NCBI GenBank assembly: GCA_009691715.1
Contig: SIAN01000004.1
Location: forward strand, 13,101-77,100
Origin: Planctomycetota bacterium
GTDB lineage: Bacteria > Planctomycetota > B15-G4 > SIAN01
Length of the DNA stretch: 64,000 nt
Reading direction: 5' to 3'
Shown here: positions 37,327-46,239 of the stretch, piece after piece
Numbering within the stretch: position 1 is the first letter of the stretch
How the letters are laid out: each line of letters begins with the position of its first letter
Program-made: the position numbers and the translations under genes
Notes under the pieces: generated by a model
The model's input: only the letters and a program-made list of their open reading frames with translations
Databases searched by the model: none
Told to the model about the DNA's origin: nothing

Positions 37327-38943
37327 ATGACCGCCAAGACGCTCCACTTCCGTTCCGAGGCGCGCGAGAAGCTCCTCCGCGGCACGACCGCGCTGACGAA
37401 CGCCATCCGCGTGACGCTCGGTCCGCGCTCGAAGTGCGTGCTGATCGAGCGGAAGTGGGGCGCGCCGCTGGTCTGCAACGACGGCGTGACGATCGCCAAG
37501 GAATTCGAGCTGCCCGATCCCGAGGAGAACCTCGGCGTCCGCGTCCTCCGGCAGGCGGCCGAGCGGACCGGGGACGCCGTCGGCGACGGGACCAGCACCG
37601 CAACCCTCCTCGCCCATGCCATCTACTCGGAGGGGGTGAAGAACGTCGCCGCCGGCGCGAACGCGATCGACCTGAAGCGCGGCATCGACCGCGGTCTCGT
37701 CGCGGCCATCGCCGCGCTCAAGGCGCTGTCGCGGCCGGTGAAGAGCCGGAAGGAGAAGGTCCAGGTCGCCACGATCTCGGCCCACAACAACCCGCGCACC
37801 GGGGAACTCGTCGCGGATGCCGTGGAGAAGGTCGGCGGCGAAGGCGTCATCACGGTCGAGGAGGCGAAGGGCACCGAGACGACGTTGGAAGTCGTCGAGG
37901 GCATGCAGTTCGACCGCGGCTGGCTCTCGGGTTACTTCGTCACCGACGCGGAGAAGCCGGACGTCGTGCTCGAAGATCCTCTGATCCTGCTGCATGAGAA
38001 ACGGATCACCTCGGTGAAGGACCTGCTGCCCCTCCTTGAACAGGCGGCGAAGAGCGGCCGGCCGTTCCTGATCATCGCGGAGGATGTCGAAGCCGAGGCT
38101 CTCGCAACGCTGGTCGTGAACCGGATCCGCGGGACGCTGGCCTGCGCTGCCGTGAAAGCGCCAGGATTCGGCGATCGCCGGCGCGAACTGCTCGAGGACA
38201 TGGCGATCCTGACCGGCGCGCGCATGGTCTCCGCCGATCTCGGCATCGCGCTCGAACACGTCAAGCTCGGCGAGCTCGGCAAGGCGCGCCGCGTCCTCAT
38301 CTCCCGCGATCACACCACGATCATCGGCGGCGCCGGGAAGCGGTCCGCGATCGACGCGCGCGCGCAGCAGCTGCGGACGCAGTGCGAGGAGGCGACCAGT
38401 GACTGGGACAAGGAGAAGCTGCGCGAGCGGCTCGCGAAGCTGGCCGGCGGCGTCGCCGTGATCCGCGTCGGTGCCCCGTCCGAAACCAAGATGAAGAGCC
38501 TGAAGGAGGTGTTCGAGGATGCGATCAGCGCGACCAAGGCGGCGGTCGCCGAGGCCATCGTCCCTGGCGGCGGACTCGCCCTGATCCGGCTCCAGGAGAC
38601 CGTCCTGCGCGAGGCCGTCGCCTGCGATGGCGACGAGCGCACCGGCGTACGGATCCTCGCGAAGGCGCTCGAAGCGCCAGCACGGCAGATCGCCGAGAAC
38701 TCCGGCGTCGAGGCCGGCGTGATCGTCCAGGAGATGCGCACCGGATGCGGCGGTCGCGGCTTCGATGCGGCGCGCTGCGAATGGGTCGATCTGTTCGAGG
38801 CCGGGATCATCGACCCGACCAAGGTGCTGCGCATTGCGCTCGAGAACGCCGCCTCGGTCGCCGGCGTGCTGCTGCTGACCGAGGCAGTCCTGACCGAGAT
38901 CCCGGAGCAGAGGCAAGAGCCGGTCGCCGCACCCACTGACTGA
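37327..38943 (+). CDS. groEL: Chaperonin GroEL paralog
   Basis: VTLGPR, NDGVTIAKE, GDGTSTAT, EGMQFDRG, KAPGFGDRR, ERLAKLAGGVAVI, GIIDPTKV. Confidence 0.97.
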   Translation: MTAKTLHFRSEAREKLLRGTTALTNAIRVTLGPRSKCVLIERKWGAPLVCNDGVTIAKEFELPDPEENLGVRVLRQAAERTGDAVGDGTSTATLLAHAIYSEGVKNVAAGANAIDLKRGIDRGLVAAIAALKALSRPVKSRKEKVQVATISAHNNPRTGELVADAVEKVGGEGVITVEEAKGTETTLEVVEGMQFDRGWLSGYFVTDAEKPDVVLEDPLILLHEKRITSVKDLLPLLEQAAKSGRPFLIIAEDVEAEALATLVVNRIRGTLACAAVKAPGFGDRRRELLEDMAILTGARMVSADLGIALEHVKLGELGKARRVLISRDHTTIIGGAGKRSAIDARAQQLRTQCEEATSDWDKEKLRERLAKLAGGVAVIRVGAPSETKMKSLKEVFEDAISATKAAVAEAIVPGGGLALIRLQETVLREAVACDGDERTGVRILAKALEAPARQIAENSGVEAGVIVQEMRTGCGGRGFDAARCEWVDLFEAGIIDPTKVLRIALENAASVAGVLLLTEAVLTEIPEQRQEPVAAPTD

Positions 38944-39021
38944 ACGAAACGGTCTCCGCGCAACCGCGCGGGACTGGAGCACGGTGCCCGCGCAACTGCG
39001 TGGGCTACAAGGAGGAATCCC

Positions 39022-39490
39022 ATGCTGCCGACGTTGTTCCGTGAGACCGAGCGTTCACCGCTGTTCGGACTGCGCAACCGGATCGACCGGGTGTTCGAGG
39101 AACTTTTCACGCATCAAGGTAACGGGAACGAGTGGGTCGACCCGTGGGCGGGCGGCGCCAACTTCCTGCCCGCGCTCGACCTGCGCGAGACCGATGACGC
39201 GCTGATCGCCGAGGTCGAACTGCCTGGCCTGAAGAGCGAGGACGTCCACGTGCAGGTGCAGGACGACATGCTCGTGCTGCGCGGTGAGCGCAAGCAGGAG
39301 AAGACCCTAGAAGACCAAGGGCTGGCACCGGACGGAGCGCAGCTACGGCCGCTTCGAGCGCCGGATCGCCCTGCCGAGCTCGGTCGATGCCGAGAAGATC
39401 GAGGCGTCGTTCAAGGACGGGATGCTCACCGTCACGATGCCGCGCGCGGTGAGCGCGAAACCGAAGACCATCCCCGTCAAGGTCCGCTGA
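39022..39490 (+). pseudogene. Hsp20/alpha-crystallin small heat-shock protein, frameshifted near 39307-39310
   Basis: Frame 0 gives PALDLRET...ELPG...LRGERKQEKT; the +1 frame from 39311 gives KTKGWHRTERSYGRFERRIALP...FKDGMLTVTMP...KTIPVKVR-stop. Confidence 0.88.
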
Positions 39491-39532
39491 AGTGGTTCGC
39501 CGCGCTCAGGCGACTGGTCGCAGCAGACCCAC

Positions 39533-40573
39533 TCACTGCGATCGGCGCTCGAGCGGCGGCAGCGTCCCGCGCGGCGGCTCGGGCGCGAATCGCAGCTTTC
39601 GCTCCACGACGCACCAGACGAAGGTGGCGGCGCCGTAGGCGAAGTAGAGCTGGTGCAGGAACAGGCCGGCCAGCGCCGTCGCCAGGCCGGCCGCGCGCCA
39701 CAGCACGACGTAGAACGGCGCGCTGACCAGCGCCGCCACCAACAGGAGCCCGAGCGCCGCACCGAGAAACGGTCGATGCATCAGGCCGAGCGCCGCCGTC
39801 GCGAAGAACGCGCCTGCAATCAGCGCTTTCAGCCGCTCGGCGTTGCTGACGTTCAGCACGGCACCGGCGAGCTCTGGATGCTGCAGCAGCCGGCCCCACG
39901 GCAGCGCGCGGCGGAAGACGTCGGTGTGGAGCATGCTCCGAAGCGTCCAGCGCTTGAGGTGGGTGCCCTGCACCTCGGGCGCGAGCAGGATCTTTCCACC
40001 GGCGCGTCGCAGCCGGTAACCGAGCTCGATGTCCTCAATCGATGGGACGGTGTAGTAGTCGGCGTCGAAGCCCCCCGCCGACAAGAACGCGTCGCGTCGC
40101 ACCGCGCCGCAGCCGGCCCAGAAGGTCGACGCCTCGCCGGCGTGCGTCGTGTGGGTGTGGTGGTGCAGCAGGTTGCGGTAGCGCGAGACGACGCCGGGAG
40201 CGTTCGGCTGCTCGTCATAGGCGCCGAACAGGGCGACGATGTCGGCGCGCCGCGCGAAGTGGCGCGCGACCAGCTCCGGCACGTCGTCGTGCATCACGAC
40301 GTCGGAATCGACGAACAGCAGGATCGCGCCGCGCGCCGCGAGTGCACCCTGGTTGCGGCAGGCGCCGGGCCCCTTGCGCCCACCGGACGGGATGACGGTG
40401 AAGCCCGCGGCCTGGCACTGCCGTGGCCCATCATCGGTGCAGCCATCGTCGACGACGATCACTTCGGCGACACGGCCCGCGGCGAGCGCGCGCTGAAGCG
40501 GCGGCGCCACCCGCGTGAGGTAGCTCGCGGCGTTGTACATCGGCACGACGATGCTGATCGCGGCGCTGCTCAT
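39533..40573 (-). CDS. GT2 glycosyltransferase with C-terminal TM helices
   Basis: SIVVPMYN, VVDDGCTD, GPGACRNQG, FVDSD, IEDIELGYRL. Confidence 0.92.
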   Translation of the reverse strand: MSSAAISIVVPMYNAASYLTRVAPPLQRALAAGRVAEVIVVDDGCTDDGPRQCQAAGFTVIPSGGRKGPGACRNQGALAARGAILLFVDSDVVMHDDVPELVARHFARRADIVALFGAYDEQPNAPGVVSRYRNLLHHHTHTTHAGEASTFWAGCGAVRRDAFLSAGGFDADYYTVPSIEDIELGYRLRRAGGKILLAPEVQGTHLKRWTLRSMLHTDVFRRALPWGRLLQHPELAGAVLNVSNAERLKALIAGAFFATAALGLMHRPFLGAALGLLLVAALVSAPFYVVLWRAAGLATALAGLFLHQLYFAYGAATFVWCVVERKLRFAPEPPRGTLPPLERRSQ

Positions 40574-41322
40574 GCGCCGTACGCCGCGCCCTTGACGCGT
40601 CGCAGGAGACGCCGCCACGCGATCCATGCACGCGTGCGCGGCGCGAAGAGCGGTAGCCGGCGCGCCGGATCGCGCAGGTACCAGCTGTCGAGCCGAGGCC
40701 ATTCGTGGACGCGAGCGGCACGCCTGGCCGCAACCTCGGGCAGATAGTCGAGCAGCGTCGTGACCGCGCTCGACCAGTGCAGAGCGACCTCTGCGCGGCT
40801 CGCGGCGTCATGCCAGCCGTAGGGATAGGCGAAGTGGCTCACCCGCGAGCCAAACCGCTGCTCGAGCGCGGCCTTGCTGTCGACCAGTTCGCGGCGCGCG
40901 GCATCGGGGGCGAGCGCACGGCAGTCGACGTGGTTGGCGGTGTGGCCGCCGATCGTGCCACCGGCGGCGAGCAGTTCCTGCAGTTCCGTCTGGCCCATCA
41001 GCTCGAACCGCGGGATGGCCGCCGTCTGGCCAGGCCAGCGGTTGTCGCGGCCGATCCAGTCGGAGACGACATAGGCCGTGAACGGCAGTCCGCGCCGCGC
41101 GAGTCGCGGCAGCGCGTCGGCATGCACGGAGCGAAAGCCGTCGTCGAAGGTGAGCGCCACGCGCGGCGCGGCTCCCGTTGACGGCACCCGCAGCGCGTCG
41201 AGCGCGACGATCGCGACTCCCTCCGCCTGCAGGCCATCGAGCAGCCGCTCGAAGTCTTCCGGCGAGTAGGAGAGCACCGAGCCGCTGCGGTCGATGCCAT
41301 GGAAGGTGAGGAGCGCGTCCAT
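40570..41322 (-). CDS. Polysaccharide deacetylase (CE4/NodB)
   Basis: LTFHG, LTFDDG, GHTANH, FAYPYG. Confidence 0.92.
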   Translation of the reverse strand: MDALLTFHGIDRSGSVLSYSPEDFERLLDGLQAEGVAIVALDALRVPSTGAAPRVALTFDDGFRSVHADALPRLARRGLPFTAYVVSDWIGRDNRWPGQTAAIPRFELMGQTELQELLAAGGTIGGHTANHVDCRALAPDAARRELVDSKAALEQRFGSRVSHFAYPYGWHDAASRAEVALHWSSAVTTLLDYLPEVAARRAARVHEWPRLDSWYLRDPARRLPLFAPRTRAWIAWRRLLRRVKGAAYGA

Positions 41323-42527
41323 CAGCGCGCCTCCGTGGCGACCGCGCGCCGGAAGCAGGCGACCGCGTCGGCGGCGCCGCGCTCCCAGGTGAAACGGCGC
41401 GATCGGGCAAGCGCTTTCGCGGCGAGCAGCGCGCGCTGCTGCGGCCGACCCAGCACTTCCGACAGCGCCGCCTGCAGCGCCATCGCATCGAGCGCGGGCA
41501 CCAGCAGGCCGCCGTCGCCCACCACCTCCGGCAGCGAGCCGGCGTCGCTCGCCACCACCGGCGTCGCGCAGCTCATCGCCTCGAGCGCCGGCAAACCGAA
41601 GCCTTCGAGCAGCGACGGCAGGACCAGCGCGCACGCTCCTTGATAGAGCGGCACGAGATCGTCGTCGGCGACGAAGCCGGTCCAGTGGACGCGCGCGGCG
41701 AGCCGCGCATCGGCGGCGATCTGCTGGCGCAGCGGAGCGGCGCTGTCGAGGAAGCCGTCCGCCTTGGGATCGCCCACCAGCACGAGCGTTGCGTCGCCGC
41801 TTGCGCCATTGCTTGCGTTGGCGAGCAAGCGCGAGAACGCCGTGAGCAGCGTCGCAAGGTTCTTGTGTGGGCTGATGCCGCCGACGAACAGGAAGTAGGG
41901 TCGATCCTCCGGGATTCGCAGTCGTCGCAACGCCGCCGCGAGCGCCGCGTGATCGGTCGGCGGCCGGAAGCGCGCGTCGGCGCCCTCGCTCACCACGTCG
42001 ATCCGATCGGCGGCGATCCCGTAGACGCGGCCGACGTCACGCCTCGACGCCTCGCTCACCGTCATCACGCGCGTCGCCTGACGCGCCGCGAGCCACGATT
42101 TCGCCCGCCAGAACCACTCGCTCTTCCGATCGGGGAAGACCATCCTCGGGAAGGTCTCGGCGATCGCGTCGTGGAAGCAGACGACCGCGCGCGTGCCGGG
42201 CCAGAGCGGGAAGGCGCTGTAGACGGCCGGCAGGAACAGCAGGTCGGCCTGGCAACGACGAGCCGCGCGCGTGAACGCAAACAGCTCAGCGGGGCGACGC
42301 GCATCGCCGGCGACGGCAGCGTCGGTCACGCTGCGGCCGGGTTGCGCGTTCAAGCGCGGCAGCGCCAGGAGCGGTTCCGGCAGATCGCCCGGCGCGGCGT
42401 CACGGTCGACCAGAAGCACGAAGTCGAAGCCGTCGCTGCGGCGCGCCAGCGCGGCCAGCAGCTCGCGCGCGAAACGCCCGAAGCCGCGGCGGTTGAAGCA
42501 GCAGGAGGCGTCGACGGCGATGCGCAA
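41322..42527 (-). CDS. GT4 glycosyltransferase
   Basis: MRIAVD, GFGRFARE, FVGGISPHKN, PSLLEGFGLPALEAM, FTWE; TTG start. Confidence 0.93.
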   Translation of the reverse strand: MRIAVDASCCFNRRGFGRFARELLAALARRSDGFDFVLLVDRDAAPGDLPEPLLALPRLNAQPGRSVTDAAVAGDARRPAELFAFTRAARRCQADLLFLPAVYSAFPLWPGTRAVVCFHDAIAETFPRMVFPDRKSEWFWRAKSWLAARQATRVMTVSEASRRDVGRVYGIAADRIDVVSEGADARFRPPTDHAALAAALRRLRIPEDRPYFLFVGGISPHKNLATLLTAFSRLLANASNGASGDATLVLVGDPKADGFLDSAAPLRQQIAADARLAARVHWTGFVADDDLVPLYQGACALVLPSLLEGFGLPALEAMSCATPVVASDAGSLPEVVGDGGLLVPALDAMALQAALSEVLGRPQQRALLAAKALARSRRFTWERGAADAVACFRRAVATEAR

Positions 42528-42541
42528 CCGGAGCGACCTCA

Positions 42542-42699
42542 GAGTGCCTGACAGAATGGACGCGTGACGCCGAGGCCAAGCGAGGGCACCTGGGGCGAGG
42601 AGACCGAAGCAGGCGACTCTGAAGAGTCGCCGATGGAGGTCGACGAAGTCCTGGGTGACCGCAGCCAGCCAAACGTAGTGGACCTTCTGTCAGGCACTC
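42542..42699. mobile_element. Putative MITE (158 bp) with 15-bp terminal inverted repeats and 3-bp TCA target duplication
   Basis: GAGTGCCTGACAGAA (42542-42556) is the exact reverse complement of TTCTGTCAGGCACTC (42685-42699); TCA at 42539-42541 and 42700-42702; central 8-bp hairpin 42612-42631. Confidence 0.8.
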
Positions 42700-44154
42700 T
42701 CAGTCCTCGACCACGTGGGTCGCGAAGACCGCACGATGCTTCGCCCACGCGGCGCGGTCGAACTCGGCGCCGGTGAGGCAATCGACTGCTGCCCATGCCA
42801 TCGCCAGCGCGTGGTGGGTGTTGTCGTGGGCGAAGAGTCCCTGCCGCCCGTAGGTGAGGAAGCGCGGCAGCGTGTCGCAGAAGCGATCGACCTGTTCGAG
42901 CGGCTGCTCGTAGCCGTTCAGGTAGATCGGATAGGCCTGCGGCAAACGCATCACCTTCACCGCAGTCGGCGGCGCCGGCAGCGGCAGGCCGGCGCGGGCG
43001 AGATCGGCCGCAACGACCGCACCGAGCTCCGCCTCGCTCATCTTCCAGAAGCGATCGCCAGCGTCGCACGGCAGCTCGGCGCAGAGCGTGGTCGCGCCCG
43101 CGGGTGCGCCGAGGTCGCCGTAGTTCTTCGGTTCCGACAGGCGCGTAATCGTGATCTCGGCTTCGGGGAAATAGTGGGCGTCGTACTCGGTGAACTGCGC
43201 CACTGGGAGGCGCAGGTAGACCAGCAGCATCGCGCGGTAGCTCACCTGCGCCGCTGCCGCGAACACCGGCGCGGGCGGCGGTTCCGTGAGCAGTTTCGGG
43301 ACGAGCGTGACCGGCAGCGTCGACCAGACGTGGTCGGCTTCAAGCACGGACTCGCGGCCGCCACGATCGATCGCGATCCGCCACGGCGCGTCTCCACGCG
43401 GCGCTTGCAGCGACTTCACCCGATGTTCGAGCAGCAGCTCGGCGCCTGAGGACTGCGCGGCGCGCGCCAAGGCGTCGGAAAGCTGTCCGTAACCGTGGCG
43501 CGGGTACCAGAACCGGCCGCTGCCGGGCTTTTTGAAGCCGGGAACCGCGTTCAAGACCTTGCGCACCAGCTTCAGCACGGTGCCGGCGGAGACGCGACGA
43601 CGCGCCTGGATGCCCGACAGCTGTTCCGGTCCGCGGCCCCAGATCTTGCGCGCGTACGGAAAGTAGAAGCGATCGCACATGGTCGGTCCGAGGTTCTGGC
43701 TCAGGACCGATTCAAACGTGTCCGGCGTGCCGGGCGCGGGACGCCGCAGTCGCTTGGTCGCGCCGTCGTAAGCGAGCGACACGCCGAAACTCGGCGGCAG
43801 TCGCGTCAGCAGATCGAGCGGCTTCAGCGGAAAATGGATGAAACGGCCGAGCAATCGGATGCGGCCGTGGCGCGGGCGGTCGAGCAGATCGGCGCCCAGC
43901 AGCTGCTTCAGATCGGCGAGGATCGACGGCTCGCAGGCGGGATGGAGCCGATGGCTGCCGAAGTCGAGCTTCTGGCCTTCCCACTCGAAGCTGCCGGCAT
44001 TGCCGCCGAACCACGGATTCTGTTCGACCAGCGTGACCGACGCCTTCTTCTGCAACGCGAGCTGCCACGCGCCACCGAGTCCGGCCGGGCCTCCGCCGAG
44101 CACGACCACGCGTGGGCGCCCCGCACTGCCAACGCGGTCATTCGTGACGCTCAT
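42700..44154 (-). CDS. FAD-dependent oxidoreductase, UDP-galactopyranose mutase/HemY-like family
   Basis: GGGPAGL dinucleotide fold, DFGSHRLH, PYARKIWG, FWYPRHGYG, AYPIY, GRQGLFAHDNTHH. Confidence 0.8.
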   Translation of the reverse strand: MSVTNDRVGSAGRPRVVVLGGGPAGLGGAWQLALQKKASVTLVEQNPWFGGNAGSFEWEGQKLDFGSHRLHPACEPSILADLKQLLGADLLDRPRHGRIRLLGRFIHFPLKPLDLLTRLPPSFGVSLAYDGATKRLRRPAPGTPDTFESVLSQNLGPTMCDRFYFPYARKIWGRGPEQLSGIQARRRVSAGTVLKLVRKVLNAVPGFKKPGSGRFWYPRHGYGQLSDALARAAQSSGAELLLEHRVKSLQAPRGDAPWRIAIDRGGRESVLEADHVWSTLPVTLVPKLLTEPPPAPVFAAAAQVSYRAMLLVYLRLPVAQFTEYDAHYFPEAEITITRLSEPKNYGDLGAPAGATTLCAELPCDAGDRFWKMSEAELGAVVAADLARAGLPLPAPPTAVKVMRLPQAYPIYLNGYEQPLEQVDRFCDTLPRFLTYGRQGLFAHDNTHHALAMAWAAVDCLTGAEFDRAAWAKHRAVFATHVVED

Positions 44155-45176
44155 CCGTGGCGCACCTTCATCTCCGGGTTGATCTTTGGAGTCGCCAGCG
44201 GCGAACGGCGCCGGAGCACCAGCCACACCGCGCCGCAAAACAGGCTGCCGACGATCAGCACGCCTTGCCACAAGAACGACGCGGCCAATGCGCGCGCCTT
44301 CACCTCATCGAACGGCAGCGCGGTGGCGACGACCAGCGGCGCGAACAGCACCGCGAACACGCCATCGCGCACGCCGATGCCGTTGAAGCTCGCCGGCGCC
44401 AGCCCCGCCAGCTTGGCGAGCGACCAGGCGAATACCCACGCGGCCGCGCTCGCCTCGAGCCCGAGCGCGCGGCCGAGCACCGCATTCAGCGCGATCAACG
44501 AGCCCTGCATCGCCACTCCGCCCGCGAGCGAGAAGAACAGCACCTTCGGTCGGCGGCCCTGTCGACGCAGCGCGATCAGCAGTTGCGCGATCCGCCGGCG
44601 CCAACGCGGCGGCCAGCGTTTGAGCGGCCGTCGCACCAGCACCAGCAGCGCGACGACGCCAGCGGCAGCAGAGAGCGCGACGACCAGCACCAGCAGCGTC
44701 CCCGCGGTTCCTTGCCGATCGAGGCCGACGAACGCACCCGCGGCCACCACCAGCACGCCAAGCGCCATCAGATCGAGCAGACGGTCGGCCACGCCGCCGA
44801 GCACGGCACCTTCCATCCGGCCGCTCTTCCTCCCCGCGAGCAGCGCGCGCAGCACGTCGCCGCCGACGATGCTCGGCAGGAACAGGTTCGAGAACAGGCC
44901 GGCGCAGTAGCACTCGACCGACTGCCGCAGCGTGAGGCGCGCGCCGGCTTGGCCAATCACCATCCGCCATTTGAAGACGCCAAACAGGTGGCAGGCGACG
45001 AAGCCAAGGACCACCAGGAAAAACGTCGACGGCGGGACACTCGCGAGCGCGGCGCGCAGTTTCTGCCATGGCACCATGCGCACCAGCAGCGCCAACACCA
45101 GCGCGCTCGCGGCGAGCCGGAAGGCGAGCTTGCGCCGACTCGATGCGGCGACCGGGCCTGGCGGCGCGCGGTTCAT
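44151..45176 (-). CDS. Lysylphosphatidylglycerol-synthase TM domain / flippase-like protein
   Basis: KW, GLFSNLFLPSIVGGDVLR, DRLLD, PASFNGIGVRD. Confidence 0.87.
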   Translation of the reverse strand: MNRAPPGPVAASSRRKLAFRLAASALVLALLVRMVPWQKLRAALASVPPSTFFLVVLGFVACHLFGVFKWRMVIGQAGARLTLRQSVECYCAGLFSNLFLPSIVGGDVLRALLAGRKSGRMEGAVLGGVADRLLDLMALGVLVVAAGAFVGLDRQGTAGTLLVLVVALSAAAGVVALLVLVRRPLKRWPPRWRRRIAQLLIALRRQGRRPKVLFFSLAGGVAMQGSLIALNAVLGRALGLEASAAAWVFAWSLAKLAGLAPASFNGIGVRDGVFAVLFAPLVVATALPFDEVKARALAASFLWQGVLIVGSLFCGAVWLVLRRRSPLATPKINPEMKVRHG

Positions 45177-45180
45177 GCGA

Positions 45181-46074
45181 TCAGCGCTTCATCGCCATCC
45201 GCGCGTTCTGGTCGGCGAGGAGGCCCACGGACCAGACGACGAGCGCACCGAGCAGCGCCAACACGGCACTCTCCGACAAGTTGTCGAGGAAGCAGTCGTA
45301 GGCGAACTTCGCGGTGCCGGCGGCGAACAGCAGCGCACCCACCGGCAGGAAGAACTTGAGCGGGTGGAACAGCACCACCGTCCGCAGGATCAGCAGCAGG
45401 AAGTCCCACGCGTGGCGCGGCCGGATCTTGCTGGCACCGTGCCGCTTGCCGTAGTCGATCGCCACGAACTTGATCGGGTGCCCGTTGCAGGCGCACGACA
45501 GCGTGATCGTGGTGGTGAAGGAGAAACCTTGCGGCAGCAGGTGCTCGTAACGCTTGACCAGCGACTTGCGCATGAGCCGCATGCCGGAGTTTAGATCGGG
45601 GATGCGCAGTCCCGAGAGGTAGCTCGCCAATCGGGTGAGCACCCACTTGGCCGGCCGGCGCACCAGCGGGATGTTCACGTTGGCACCGATGCGGGCGCCG
45701 ACGACCATCTCGTGCTGTGCCGCCTGTTCGAGGAGTTGCGGGATCGCGGCCGACGGGTACGTGCCGTCCGCGTCGGTGATCAGGATCCAACCATGCTTCG
45801 CGGCGTTGATGCCGGTCTTCAAGGCCGCGCCGTAACCCTCGTTGCGGACCTTGCGCAGCACGCGCGCGCCGGCAGCGGATGCCTCTTCGGCGGTCGCGTC
45901 GCGCGAACCGTCGTCGACGACGATCAGCTCCCATTCCCAGCCGCTCTTCGCCATCGCCTCGGCGACGGCGCGAACCTGTGCCGCGACGTGCGGCCCCTCG
46001 TTGAACGCGGGGATCACGACGCTGACGGCGCGCTCTTTCGCGCCCAATGCCGGTTCGCCGACCTCCTCGATCAA
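45181..46074 (-). CDS. GT2 polyprenol-phosphate glycosyltransferase (DPM1/GtrB-like)
   Basis: SVVIPAFNE, VDDGSRD, NEGYGAALKTG, DADG, PDLNSGMR, two C-terminal TMs; start uncertain (TTG 46074 chosen). Confidence 0.88.
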   Translation of the reverse strand: MIEEVGEPALGAKERAVSVVIPAFNEGPHVAAQVRAVAEAMAKSGWEWELIVVDDGSRDATAEEASAAGARVLRKVRNEGYGAALKTGINAAKHGWILITDADGTYPSAAIPQLLEQAAQHEMVVGARIGANVNIPLVRRPAKWVLTRLASYLSGLRIPDLNSGMRLMRKSLVKRYEHLLPQGFSFTTTITLSCACNGHPIKFVAIDYGKRHGASKIRPRHAWDFLLLILRTVVLFHPLKFFLPVGALLFAAGTAKFAYDCFLDNLSESAVLALLGALVVWSVGLLADQNARMAMKR

Positions 46075-46239
46075 GAGCCGCCCCCCGCCTTGCCGCCGTG
46101 GACCGCCGTCTGCACTGCCCTGCCACTGCCTGCCGCCTCTTCGGTGGCGCCGCAGTCGGAGCTTGACCGCGGATTGTAGGGCGCCGGAGCGGAAGGCCGT
46201 TCCGCATCGCGCGACGCGGCGTCGGCTGCTCACTCCAGT

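Noticed and set aside
39301..39312. Programmed +1 frameshift in hsp20
   Set aside because: The CCC-TAG lies in the destination frame, so a slip before it would hit the stop; no plausible slippery site.
42564..42776. 70-aa ORF across the intergenic element
   Set aside because: Runs through the MITE into the antisense of a real gene and has no recognisable motifs.
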